This document shows positions 26,016-35,546 of a DNA stretch of 37,606 nucleotides, one piece after another. The first letter of the stretch is position 1; every line of letters starts with the position of its first letter. The notes under the pieces are model-generated. The model was not told where the DNA came from and did not search any database. It worked only from the letters and a program-made list of their open reading frames with translations. Made by a program: the position numbers and the translations under genes. This stretch comes from a virus (Duplodnaviria; Caudoviricetes). The stretch lies in the IMG/VR virus record IMGVR_UViG_3300030708_001737, positions 1 through 37,606 of that record. One strand, 5' to 3'.

Positions 26016-26025
26016 TGCGTATTAT
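26016..26025 (+). promoter_or_regulatory. putative phage late-promoter motif
   Basis: Intergenic TGCGTATTAT before a structural-type gene. Confidence 0.4.
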
Positions 26026-26056
26026 ATATAAATTGGAACTTTAACGAGACTTAATA

Positions 26057-27460
26057 ATGGCACATGCTTCAAATATAGATTCAAGAAGGGTATTTTATGC
26101 CTGTCAAGCGGTTTTAGTAAAAGAAAGACAAACTACTAACTCCGGAGGAAGTGATGCTCCACAAACTGGAGAGGTCGTACATGGCGTGCAGTCTATTGGG
26201 GTCGACTTTAGCCAAGACAGAACAACCTACGATGATTTTGGTAGATTCCAAAGAGAGTACGGTTCGTATGGGAAGCCTGTATATACAATAACCATCGAGA
26301 GAGTTATATCTCTTGAAAATATATTTACTGCGGCAGGCGGTCCATTCTACAGGCCAGCCAGCAACCCTAGTAGCTATCAAAATAGCCACCCGCTCAAGCC
26401 TACAAATCTAGGTACAGATGGCTATTCTAACAATCAGGCGGGTTTTAGAAACTTCGACATTACTTTACTTTATGGTCACGAATATAATCAGTATATGGGC
26501 TCAGCCGGAGACGGTAGCCCTAATGAAAGGGACGAAGAAATATTCCCAGTAGATCCCGCATACACTAATCCTGCTGATGACCCACAATTTCCTGCTAGAT
26601 ACGGAGCGGGCGGCGAACCCCCAAACGACGATAGCAATGATAGCTGTAGTCAAATGACCTACAGATGTTGTAGAATAACAGAGTTATCTTACTCAATACC
26701 TGTTGAGGGATATGTCACAGAGAGCATAACGCTTGAAACACATACGGTTACGCACAACGATGGAGCGACCGTTCTTTCTTCGTATCCTGAAATTCATAGC
26801 GACTTCAGCAAAGAGCCGCACATAATAAGAAGACACAACCTTTTAACTGAAAGTGGCACATCGACCTTTCCCGAGGCCGTTCACAGGGCGTTCGACATGC
26901 AGGTCACTAAGGAAGGAAACCAAGGAGAGGTTGTACCAACCACTATACCCGTACTTGGGCTACAGAGTATAAACGTTTCTTTTTCGATAGCCTATGAAGA
27001 TCTTCAAGACATAGGTGAATTTGGTGGGGCTAGAGGAGACAGAGCAGAGCAAAACACCTTTAAGAGGATTACATTGCCCGCAACTGTCACCGTTGACTTT
27101 ACTGGCGTTGTTCAAGACCAGTTCTTTGGTAATCAAGGCAACATTACTCAAAACTCACAAGGAGAGCTTAAGGACACCTTGTTCGGAACACCGGATGGTA
27201 GCGAGGCTCTCGGTGCAACAAAATACGAAACAGACCAAGAAGTAAACATTAAGTTTAAGAAAGTTATACGTGGGGTTGATAAGTATTTTCAAATTATACT
27301 TGGTCAAAAAAACTATCTCACAGGAATATCCACCACTGGAGGAGATACCGGAGGAGGAAACGTTGAAACAACTTTAACTTTTCAAAATGATCACTGCGAC
27401 TTTATAACGTATGGCGGAACGACTATTTACAATACTGCTACATATGATGGACCATACTAA
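26057..27460 (+). CDS. putative structural protein (tail tube-like, beta-rich)
   Basis: Two related segments (HGVQSIGV and LGLQSINV); alternating beta-strand patterns; G/T-rich. Confidence 0.45.
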   Translation: MAHASNIDSRRVFYACQAVLVKERQTTNSGGSDAPQTGEVVHGVQSIGVDFSQDRTTYDDFGRFQREYGSYGKPVYTITIERVISLENIFTAAGGPFYRPASNPSSYQNSHPLKPTNLGTDGYSNNQAGFRNFDITLLYGHEYNQYMGSAGDGSPNERDEEIFPVDPAYTNPADDPQFPARYGAGGEPPNDDSNDSCSQMTYRCCRITELSYSIPVEGYVTESITLETHTVTHNDGATVLSSYPEIHSDFSKEPHIIRRHNLLTESGTSTFPEAVHRAFDMQVTKEGNQGEVVPTTIPVLGLQSINVSFSIAYEDLQDIGEFGGARGDRAEQNTFKRITLPATVTVDFTGVVQDQFFGNQGNITQNSQGELKDTLFGTPDGSEALGATKYETDQEVNIKFKKVIRGVDKYFQIILGQKNYLTGISTTGGDTGGGNVETTLTFQNDHCDFITYGGTTIYNTATYDGPY

Positions 27461-27471
27461 CGAAAGAAAAA

Positions 27472-28146
27472 ATGGCAAGAAAAAGAAAAACAAAAACAAA
27501 CAAGCAACCAATTAGACCCGCTAGAAAAAAACTAAGACCCAAGACAGACAATCAGGCAGACTATATAGATTCGATGGTCGAGTCAGACGTAACCTTTTGC
27601 TCAGGCCCAGCCGGAACTGGAAAAACTGCCGTTGCTGTTGGTCTTGCGTGTGAATATATCCTAAAGGATCAGGTGCAAAAAATAGTTATAACTAGGCCGG
27701 TCGTAGAGTCGGGAAGAGGCCTAGGCTTTCTACCGGGAACTCTTACAGACAAGGTTCAACCTTATCTAGTTCCAATAATAGAAGAAATGAAATTGTATCT
27801 AGGGATGGAAACCTATAATTCACTTAGGTCAACTAACTCTATAGAAATATGCCCCCTAGAATACATGAGGGGCAGAAATTTTCATGATACCTTCATGATA
27901 TTGGACGAGGCCCAAAACGCCACCTTTGAACAGATAAAAATGTTCCTGACCAGAATCGGACTGGGATCAAAAGCTGTTATAAACGGAGACTTGGATCAAA
28001 CGGATTTAAGAGGCAATCAGTACGGCGGACTTGATTGCTGTATGTCAAGACTAGACAATTTAAGGGGAGTCTCTATATGTAGGCTTGACAACTCAGACAT
28101 CGTTAGAAATGGAATTATATCTGACATTCTAGATAGATTAAAATAA
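27472..28146 (+). CDS. phoH: PhoH-family ATPase
   Basis: GPAGTGKT, ITRPVVE, LGFLPG, YMRGR, ILDEAQN, GD..QTDL, DIVRN. Confidence 0.96.
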   Translation: MARKRKTKTNKQPIRPARKKLRPKTDNQADYIDSMVESDVTFCSGPAGTGKTAVAVGLACEYILKDQVQKIVITRPVVESGRGLGFLPGTLTDKVQPYLVPIIEEMKLYLGMETYNSLRSTNSIEICPLEYMRGRNFHDTFMILDEAQNATFEQIKMFLTRIGLGSKAVINGDLDQTDLRGNQYGGLDCCMSRLDNLRGVSICRLDNSDIVRNGIISDILDRLK

Positions 28147-28204
28147 ATAGTGCATTTTGTGCGTCTACTGTATATAATAAATAAATTGAGCAAAAGGAGG
28201 AAAA

Positions 28205-28561
28205 ATGCCACGTTACGATTTTCAATGCGATCCATGTGCCTATTATGCGGAAATAACGCAAAGCATGGACGCTCCCTCGACATTAGAGTGTCCAGTATGC
28301 GGACAGCAAACACTAAAGAAGGCTTTCATAAATGCACCTAGTATTTTTGTTAGGGGCGAGGCCAAGACCGTAGGGCAATTGGCAGAAAGAAACGCTAAGC
28401 AAATGGGCTTTTACGAGAAGCAGGACAAAGCGATCAAAGACGGAATAGACCATGAACTCAGAAAAAAGAAAAAAGAAAAGCGAGAGCAGCATCAAAAAAT
28501 TGTATCTATGACGCCCGAGCAACAAATGAAATGGATTAGGACTGGAGACACGGGAAAATGA
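28205..28561 (+). CDS. FmdB-family zinc-ribbon protein
   Basis: MPRYDFQCDPC...CPVCG. AGGAGG RBS. Confidence 0.85.
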   Translation: MPRYDFQCDPCAYYAEITQSMDAPSTLECPVCGQQTLKKAFINAPSIFVRGEAKTVGQLAERNAKQMGFYEKQDKAIKDGIDHELRKKKKEKREQHQKIVSMTPEQQMKWIRTGDTGK

Positions 28562-28821
28562 AAGGACCAAAAATAGCCGACTCTATACAATCAGACGACG
28601 AGCTGTTTCGCAGTGAAAAACCCCATATAGCCATAGTGACGATGAAGTTTGATGTAAGAGCGTTGAATCCAGACAGTACTATGGATCTTTACGTGATGGG
28701 AGACGAGGCACTCAATAAGTATGGCATGACTACAAAAGCCCAGTTCTGCGTTAAAGGATATTCTGAGGCGGATTGCATAAAAAAACTCAAGCAAACATTG
28801 GAGAAAATGAATAATGGGTAG
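28558..28821 (+). CDS. hypothetical protein
   Basis: ATGA coupling with the upstream gene. Confidence 0.7.
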   Translation: MKGPKIADSIQSDDELFRSEKPHIAIVTMKFDVRALNPDSTMDLYVMGDEALNKYGMTTKAQFCVKGYSEADCIKKLKQTLEKMNNG

Positions 28822-29155
28822 AGGAGAAAATGAAGATATTTCGGGACTAGATATTCCATCGCCCCCGAAGGTGGAGGTAAGGTTTTATGACATCAAGGGG
28901 AATGAGTCCGAAGAAAAGAACGCTATAGCAAAGAAGGTTTCGACAAGCCTAACCTACGAAAACGTTTCTGTACAGAGATTTGTTTTATACGGTCGTGGAG
29001 AGCTTTTAGATCCACACGGCGTTGATAGTAGAGCGAATAGAAGTTTTTACAAATATAAAAAGGTTTCTGAAGACGCCTTCGAGAACTATATAAAGTATTT
29101 GAAATCAAAGAACACAATGTATTTTACCAGAGCCAGAAGACTTGTTACGGAGTAG
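28814..29155 (+). CDS. hypothetical protein
   Basis: GGAG RBS; overlaps the upstream stop. Confidence 0.7.
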   Translation: MGRGENEDISGLDIPSPPKVEVRFYDIKGNESEEKNAIAKKVSTSLTYENVSVQRFVLYGRGELLDPHGVDSRANRSFYKYKKVSEDAFENYIKYLKSKNTMYFTRARRLVTE

Positions 29156-29158
29156 AAA

Positions 29159-29470
29159 ATGAAAAAGGGACCACTTTCAAACAAAGAAAAAGATTTTATA
29201 ACTGAAAACCTGCCAACCTTTAAGCAGAATATTGAAAAACTAGCAGAGAAGATGGAGAGATCTCACTCTATAGTTTCTAAATTTGTTGACTCGCTAGAGA
29301 AGCAGGAAAAACCAAAAGGACAAACAGCAGAGCTATTCGCAAAAAAAGAAGAACGAGGCGTTACTGTCATGACTGAATCAGCTTCTATGGCTGGTGACGA
29401 ATCAAAACAAGGAAGAAAATCACAGACACCCGCTAGATACAGACAGTTTATTCACAAGATTAAAGATTGA
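29159..29470 (+). CDS. hypothetical protein with an HTH-like N-terminus
   Basis: LSNKEKDFI...IEKLAEKMERSHSIVSKF. GGAG RBS. Confidence 0.7.
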   Translation: MKKGPLSNKEKDFITENLPTFKQNIEKLAEKMERSHSIVSKFVDSLEKQEKPKGQTAELFAKKEERGVTVMTESASMAGDESKQGRKSQTPARYRQFIHKIKD

Positions 29471-29679
29471 GAAACAGAGACTACACTAAAAAAAGCGATG
29501 ACAGCACTAGCGGAACTCTAGTTCTTCGTGCGGTTGCAGAAAGAACCGCTAAAAAAAGATTGGCTTGTGTTGAAGATCGTGAATTATTTAGCTTGTTGGT
29601 TGAGATGCTCGTGAGAGAATACTATGTTAACCACGAGCTATATAAAAAGCATATAGAGGAAACAAATGATTTGTACTAA
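29467..29679 (+). CDS. hypothetical protein (70 aa)
   Basis: TTGA overlap; fills the gap. Confidence 0.5.
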   Translation: MRNRDYTKKSDDSTSGTLVLRAVAERTAKKRLACVEDRELFSLLVEMLVREYYVNHELYKKHIEETNDLY

Positions 29680-30181
29680 TTTTGATGGACATATGAACAA
29701 GCTGTGCCATCAAGAACTAATGATAAGTTGGCAAATAACCCTGACAGACGGAACACTTGTCTTTGGGGACTATGACAGACCAGAAACAGATAATCCTTGG
29801 AATAGACTTAAACAGTACTGTTCCGAGAATGATGTTTTACCTGCAAAAGTTGAGCTTTATATGTTTGGAGCCGAACATAAAGTTTTTTTTGAAGATCCAA
29901 ATGGTCTTGACGGCATAGCTGTTTTTAGAGGAATAGCCAAAGAACAGACTATGGACGGCAATCATTCACAGTCTTTTCAAACTTTGACTGTGCTATTACT
30001 AAACGACTCGTGCGATTATATTGATGTATCAAAATATACGTGGCCAAACAATCAGTTTGAACAGAAAGAATCGGTAAGAGGACTTTCTACTAAGAATTTG
30101 GAGCATATGATTTTTAGAGATGGATCAGAAAAACTCAAACACAAAGAAGTACAAGAGTATCTCAACCTCTCAGCCGTGTAG
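29666..30181 (+). CDS. hypothetical protein
   Basis: GAGG RBS; 171-aa ORF. Confidence 0.75.
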   Translation: MICTNFDGHMNKLCHQELMISWQITLTDGTLVFGDYDRPETDNPWNRLKQYCSENDVLPAKVELYMFGAEHKVFFEDPNGLDGIAVFRGIAKEQTMDGNHSQSFQTLTVLLLNDSCDYIDVSKYTWPNNQFEQKESVRGLSTKNLEHMIFRDGSEKLKHKEVQEYLNLSAV

Positions 30182-30605
30182 TGCGGCACAATATATCGCT
30201 GAGCTTGTCTGCATTAGAAGAAGCGAAAGAGATAATAACGGCAGTCTTGAGTACAAGTTTTGGAACAATTCTAAAAACGAGCAGTATCAGACCCAAGTGA
30301 GAGTTGCACATAAGCTTATTAAAAAATATGGCGACGAGGCTATTATTCACTATTTAAAAAGCAAGGGTGGTAATAATGTATACTCTTTAGGCTTTCTTCA
30401 TAAATCTAAAAAATTTGTTTTACCGCTTAACTTTGTTGAAGACGGTATAAAGAAATCCAAGGAGATAGTGGACAAAAATAATAGCAAAGCCAGAGAGATA
30501 ATTGATATACCAAAAGGCGAGTATAAGCCAAGAAAGAAAAAACCAGACAATACCCTAATGTCAAAACTGAGGAAAGTAGATGGCAACAAAAACAAAAACA
30601 CCTGA
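30120..30605 (+). CDS. basic hypothetical protein
   Basis: 161-aa ORF directly upstream of recA. Confidence 0.7.
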   Translation: MDQKNSNTKKYKSISTSQPCSAAQYIAELVCIRRSERDNNGSLEYKFWNNSKNEQYQTQVRVAHKLIKKYGDEAIIHYLKSKGGNNVYSLGFLHKSKKFVLPLNFVEDGIKKSKEIVDKNNSKAREIIDIPKGEYKPRKKKPDNTLMSKLRKVDGNKNKNT

Positions 30606-31662
30606 ATATCTTAAGAAGATCATAAAAGACTACGGCGAAATTATTCGTAATGGAACCGATGTACTAGAACAGAAAAAGAATTTTAAAACTATCTCTGTTA
30701 GCCCAGCTATAGACATAGCTCTAGGGGGAGGAATAAGAGAGGGGAGCTGGCTGACTCTTACCGGAGACCCAAAGTCGGGCAAAACAACGACCGCAATGCA
30801 GATAGCGTCTAACTGCCAAAAAGAAGGTAGGCCAATCATTTACTTGGACGCTGAGGGGCGTCTAAAGGACATGAACTTTGAGGTGTCAGATTTAGATCCG
30901 AGTAAAATGACTATCGTTGCACCAGAAGATAAACCTATTCCGGCAGAAGACTTCTTAGATGTTGCATACAAAATGATGAGTCATCCCGATCATTACGGTG
31001 CCGTATTGATTATCGACTCCATATCCTCTCTAATGCCAAAAAAAGAGCTTGATGGAGACTTTAGCCCCGGTCGTGCCGGACTGCCTAAAATCTTGTCAAT
31101 CTTTACGAAAAAAGTCGGACAACTACTTCCTCGTCAGCACGGATTAATTATAGCAATTACCCACTACATTGCTAACACGGGCGGATTTGGAAAGGCTAAG
31201 CTTGCTGACGGAGGAAACAAAATTCAATATCAAGCTGATACAAGAATGGAAATAGCTGGAGGAGGAGAAAAGGTCTCTGCTGTGTCGCCTTGGACTAGCA
31301 CAGGAGGAGATAGAATTGGTCAGGTCGTTAACTGGAAAATCATCTGCTCTTCTATGGGAGCACCCGGAGGACAGGTGCAGAGCTATATACGATACGGTCA
31401 CGGCATAGACAAAACGCAGGAGCTACTTATGCTTTCGTGCGACTTAGGTCTAATAGACAAGTCTGGTGCTTGGTTCTCGTGTTCGTTTATGAGCCTTTGT
31501 AAAGACCTAGCTAAAGAAATTAAGCCAGATTTAGACACAAACGACGAAGAGGCCGTCACAAAAGCCTTTAAGTTCCAAGGTCAGGATAATCTTTATGAAT
31601 TCCTGTCACAAAATCCTAAGTTGGTAGAGTTTTTAGAATTGTCAATAAAGGAAATGCTTTAA
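30580..31662 (+). CDS. recA: RecA / UvsX-like recombinase
   Basis: SPAIDIALGGG, Walker A GDPKSGKTT, YLDAEG, Walker B IIDSI, GLIDKSGAWF. Confidence 0.9.
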   Translation: MATKTKTPEYLKKIIKDYGEIIRNGTDVLEQKKNFKTISVSPAIDIALGGGIREGSWLTLTGDPKSGKTTTAMQIASNCQKEGRPIIYLDAEGRLKDMNFEVSDLDPSKMTIVAPEDKPIPAEDFLDVAYKMMSHPDHYGAVLIIDSISSLMPKKELDGDFSPGRAGLPKILSIFTKKVGQLLPRQHGLIIAITHYIANTGGFGKAKLADGGNKIQYQADTRMEIAGGGEKVSAVSPWTSTGGDRIGQVVNWKIICSSMGAPGGQVQSYIRYGHGIDKTQELLMLSCDLGLIDKSGAWFSCSFMSLCKDLAKEIKPDLDTNDEEAVTKAFKFQGQDNLYEFLSQNPKLVEFLELSIKEML

Positions 31663-31663
31663 C

Positions 31664-31834
31664 TTGAATGACGAGGACATACTGCTGCCCTGTCCGTTTT
31701 GCGGTGGAGAGGCGATGGAGGAGGAACTAAAAACTGTAAGCATGTGTTGGTACGAATGCGAAGACTGTGGTGCGTCCTCTGGCTACTCGGAAAACTGGGA
31801 ACAAGCCAAAAAAAATTGGAACATGAGAGAATGA
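31664..31834 (+). CDS. Lar-family (restriction alleviation) zinc-finger protein (56 aa), not in the ORF track
   Basis: TTG start. LLPCPFCGGEA...ECEDCGAS...EQAKKNWNMR. ATGA coupling to the next gene. Confidence 0.8.
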   Translation: MNDEDILLPCPFCGGEAMEEELKTVSMCWYECEDCGASSGYSENWEQAKKNWNMRE

Positions 31835-32238
31835 AAATAACCGGCCTCGACGGAAAAGAATATAAATGGAACCCTTCTAGCAAAGAGTCTTCATCTTCTA
31901 AAAGGTCAAATTTGCATAAAAGTGCGAAGGAACTACTTGACATTCTCTTTCCGTATGATAGAATACTAGAAGAAGTTTCGCTAGTCGGGACTAATAACGG
32001 TATAAGAAGGGGTGTGCTTCGTGCAGATTTTTTCATACCAAACAGAAACCTGATGGTAGAAGTTCATGGCGAACAGCACTTCAAGTTTAATAAGTTTTTC
32101 TTCAAGGATAAGTTATCGTTTTTCAAGGCTCAAGCTAGAGATAGAGACAAAAAAGAATGGTGCAACCTAAACGAAATAAGACTAGTAGAATTCAATTACG
32201 ACGAGGACTGGGATGACTGGAGAAGAAAAATTAGTTGA
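31831..32238 (+). CDS. Vsr / DUF559-like PD-(D/E)XK endonuclease
   Basis: LRADFFIP...VEVHGEQHF...QARD..K..WC..N.I.L. Real start is ATG 31831. Confidence 0.85.
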   Translation: MKITGLDGKEYKWNPSSKESSSSKRSNLHKSAKELLDILFPYDRILEEVSLVGTNNGIRRGVLRADFFIPNRNLMVEVHGEQHFKFNKFFFKDKLSFFKAQARDRDKKEWCNLNEIRLVEFNYDEDWDDWRRKIS

Positions 32239-32674
32239 GTTTGTAGAGGCTATAGACTCTTGGGTTAACTCTAAGTATGTACATAGCAGTGAGCCCAGAA
32301 AAGAAGTTCCAGAAGCATTGAACTTCAGAAGACAGGACCTTAACTCCTTGTCAAGCAGCGACTGTGCATTCTACGCTTATGAGCTATATGCCTACGCTGA
32401 GTATATAGAAACGCTAAGAACAAAAGAAAATGCAATTTTAGAATGGGCAGATTCTAGTATTTGGTATATAATATCTACGGTGATGCAGAATTACGGAACA
32501 CAATACACTAAGTGGCAAGAGAAGTATTATTCAGCAATCAAAGAAAATCCACTAGCGTCACAAATACTAAAAGTAAAAAATCACGCCGATGCAAGGGTAA
32601 AAATGCTAAGCGGAAAGGCCGATAGAATACAAAACATGGCCCAAATATTAAACAATTTATCAAAGAGGAGATAA
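32213..32674 (+). CDS. helical hypothetical protein (possibly a UvsY-like recombination mediator)
   Basis: All-helical, ~150 aa, near recA. The UvsY idea comes from context only. Confidence 0.6.
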   Translation: MTGEEKLVEFVEAIDSWVNSKYVHSSEPRKEVPEALNFRRQDLNSLSSSDCAFYAYELYAYAEYIETLRTKENAILEWADSSIWYIISTVMQNYGTQYTKWQEKYYSAIKENPLASQILKVKNHADARVKMLSGKADRIQNMAQILNNLSKRR

Positions 32675-32675
32675 T

Positions 32676-33086
32676 ATGAGTGATGAAGTTGTAAAAAAAC
32701 TTCTTGATTCTCTCTCGCAAGAGCAGAAAGAAGAACTTATCCAACAGATACTGAGCCCGAATGTAAAGTCTGATCCTCCGCCACCAGAACAGAAGCCGGT
32801 GGTTAGGGCGTCAAGTTTGCCCGAGGGTATGACAGAGATAAAAAAGACAAAGACCCAAGGGCAAGTTACTGGAGTTCCGGTAACAGACATGCCTAGGTTT
32901 AACAAGTTCAAGGATGACGGTTCTGAACACACCGACGATGTAACGCCAGAAGTTCAGTTAACCGAGAGAAAAAGAAAACCTTTTACAAAGGTTGAGCAGC
33001 TATGTACACGCTGCAACAAAACATTTTCCGTACATCCTCAACATCAAAGAGAATTTTTCGTTTGCGACAGATGCCTAAGAAGATAA
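32676..33086 (+). CDS. hypothetical protein with a C-terminal zinc finger
   Basis: CTRC...CDRC. GAGGAG RBS. Confidence 0.75.
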   Translation: MSDEVVKKLLDSLSQEQKEELIQQILSPNVKSDPPPPEQKPVVRASSLPEGMTEIKKTKTQGQVTGVPVTDMPRFNKFKDDGSEHTDDVTPEVQLTERKRKPFTKVEQLCTRCNKTFSVHPQHQREFFVCDRCLRR

Positions 33087-34546
33087 CAAGAAAACTGGAA
33101 GACCTAGCGGCAGAAAGAGCTGTTCTCGCGGCACTCTGTCAGTATGGACTAGATGCGTACCTAGAGATAGACTTTGTAAGTTCACAGTCTTTTACTGATC
33201 CTATGAATCAGTTAATATTTGACTGCATATACAGATCTATATCAGAGAACACGCAGGTAGAACTTTCGTCTATACTGTCGTCTGCTAATGACCTAGGCGT
33301 TCAAGACCAGATAAACAACAAAGAAGAAATAGGATTCATAAGGTCTCTATTTAACTTTCCGATACACAAAGAAAACGTAGGTGCTCACGCCGCCAAGATA
33401 GCTAAACTCAAGCTAGCAAGAGATCTAAAGAAAACCCTCAAGGCGTGTGAAAGCGATCTAGACTGTATAACGGGCGACGAAGACGTGATGGATTTAGTCG
33501 CCAAGATAGAAGAGCCACTCCTAGAGGCTACTGGCGATATTTATCAATCCTCTAGAAAAAAGACAGAAATCTTAGGAGAGGGAGTAGAGGATTATGTAGA
33601 GTATTTATCTGAAAACGTCTCTGATTTTGTTGGTATTCCCAGTGGTTTCGCAAGGTTTGATGTATCTATTGGTGGTGGCCTGAGAAGAAAGTGTGTTGAT
33701 CTGGTAGCCGCAAGACCTAAAGTTGGTAAGTCTATGTTTGGAGACGCTGTAGCTATGCATGTGTCTGGAGAACTAGATATTCCCGTATTGATGCTCGACA
33801 CAGAGATGTCTAAAGAGGATCATTATAACAGAATCTTAGCCAATATGTCGGGCGTAGAGATCAATAGAATCTCTACAGGTAGATTTTCAGAAAATGAAAT
33901 AGATAAAGAAAAGGTATTTGCAGCCGCAGAAAAGCTTAAGAGTATACCTTATCACTACATAAGTATCGCAGGAGAATCGTTTGAGAACATTTTGAGTCAA
34001 ATGCGAAAATGGATATATCAGCATGTTGGGTTTGACGAAGATGGTCAAACCAAGGACTGCTTGATAGTTTATGACTATTTAAAACTCATGGGCTCTGAGG
34101 GCATCAGTGCGTCGATGCAGGAGTACCAAGTACTGGGCTTTCAAATTACAAAGCTACACAATTTTGTTGTTAAGTACGATGTCCCCTGCTTGGCGTTCGT
34201 TCAGCTAAACAGGGACGGTATCACCAGAGAGTCAACAGACGTTGTTTCTGGCTCAGATAGGCTGATTTGGCTATGTACCAGTTTCTCGATATTCAAAATG
34301 AAATCAGACGAGGAAATAGCAACCGATGGTGTTGATAATGGTAACAGAAAATTAGTTCCAATCGTCGCCAGACATGGAGAAGGTCTAGACGATGGAGACT
34401 ATGTTTGTATGAAAATGCATGGAAAGTTTGGAAGAATAGAGGAAGGAAGTACTAGAAACGAGATTCATGAAAACACAAGAAGCAGAGAAGAAGGATTTGA
34501 GACCCAAGAAGACTTTGACGAATCAGCAGATCTCAGCGATATGTAA
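33071..34546 (+). CDS. dnaB: replicative DNA helicase
   Basis: AERAVLA, GIPSGF..FD, AARPKVGKS, TEMS, YDYLKLM, QLNR. ATG 33071 preferred as start. Confidence 0.95.
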   Translation: MPKKITRKLEDLAAERAVLAALCQYGLDAYLEIDFVSSQSFTDPMNQLIFDCIYRSISENTQVELSSILSSANDLGVQDQINNKEEIGFIRSLFNFPIHKENVGAHAAKIAKLKLARDLKKTLKACESDLDCITGDEDVMDLVAKIEEPLLEATGDIYQSSRKKTEILGEGVEDYVEYLSENVSDFVGIPSGFARFDVSIGGGLRRKCVDLVAARPKVGKSMFGDAVAMHVSGELDIPVLMLDTEMSKEDHYNRILANMSGVEINRISTGRFSENEIDKEKVFAAAEKLKSIPYHYISIAGESFENILSQMRKWIYQHVGFDEDGQTKDCLIVYDYLKLMGSEGISASMQEYQVLGFQITKLHNFVVKYDVPCLAFVQLNRDGITRESTDVVSGSDRLIWLCTSFSIFKMKSDEEIATDGVDNGNRKLVPIVARHGEGLDDGDYVCMKMHGKFGRIEEGSTRNEIHENTRSREEGFETQEDFDESADLSDM

Positions 34547-35546
34547 TGAGCTATTTTTAAGACTGCCTAGCCTACTACATTATTTCGATATAGACTTTGT
34601 TGAGTACCCAAATAGACTGGCCTTTGCTTGTCCTATTCATGGTGGAGACAACCCAGAGGGATGCTGTGTCTTTACAGACGGTATGACACAAAAGGGAAAC
34701 TGGTCATGTTGGACACAGCATTGTGAACAAGAATATACCAGTAACCTTTTTGGCTTCGTTCGAGGCTGTTTGTCAAGCAAGAGAAATAAAAGCATTTCTA
34801 TGAATGAAACAGCCGCTTTCTGTTCTAACTTCTTGGAAAAAGACATAGACGAACTCGATTTAGAGTCAAACCACACCAATACTTTTAAGGTTGTAGATGT
34901 CTTCAATAGAAGCGTAGAGAGGCAAGAATCGTCTATAAGCAGAGCAGAGATAAGATCCAAGATTAGTATTCCTTCTGAGTACTATATGGGGAGAGGCTAC
35001 TCAGCAGAGACCTTAGACATTTTTGATGTGGGAGAATGTTTGGCAGAAAATCAGCCAATGTCCGGAAGAGTGGTTGTCCCAATCTACGATGAAGGCTATA
35101 ATTATATAGGATGCGTTGGAAGATCTAGAAACGAAAATATGAAACCAAAGTGGTTGCACAGTAAGGGTTTTAGAAAGTCGGTTCTGTATGGCCTGAATGT
35201 GGCTAAAGAGCACATATTGGAGACATCTTCTGTAGTATTGGTCGAGGGACAGGGCGATGTCTGGAGACTTCATGAGGCTGGCATTAAAAACGCCGTAGGA
35301 ATTTTTGGCTCAAGTATAAATGATGATCAGCTTATTTTGTTAGAGTCTAGCGGTGCGTTAGACGTAATTATATTGACGGATACCGATGAAGCCGGAAGTA
35401 AAGCTTACGAACAAATAATTAAAAAATGTGGCCGGAGATTTAACTATCATCGTCCAGCGATATCGCACAAAGATGTAGGCGATATGTCCACTGAACAAAT
35501 AAAAGAAGAACTTTATCCTCAGATCAAAGGAATAATAAATGAATAG
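34467..35546 (+). CDS. dnaG: DNA primase (CHC2 zinc finger plus TOPRIM)
   Basis: CPIHGGDN...W.CWT..C, GRVVVPI, GR, LYGL, LVEGQGDV, DTDEAG, KDVGD. Confidence 0.93.
   Translation: MKTQEAEKKDLRPKKTLTNQQISAICNELFLRLPSLLHYFDIDFVEYPNRLAFACPIHGGDNPEGCCVFTDGMTQKGNWSCWTQHCEQEYTSNLFGFVRGCLSSKRNKSISMNETAAFCSNFLEKDIDELDLESNHTNTFKVVDVFNRSVERQESSISRAEIRSKISIPSEYYMGRGYSAETLDIFDVGECLAENQPMSGRVVVPIYDEGYNYIGCVGRSRNENMKPKWLHSKGFRKSVLYGLNVAKEHILETSSVVLVEGQGDVWRLHEAGIKNAVGIFGSSINDDQLILLESSGALDVIILTDTDEAGSKAYEQIIKKCGRRFNYHRPAISHKDVGDMSTEQIKEELYPQIKGIINE

Noticed and set aside
20038-34546. Inteins, introns or stop-codon recoding in nrdA, nrdB, recA and dnaB
   Set aside because: All have normal length and continuous motifs. 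TAA, TAG and TGA all act as stops at gene boundaries.
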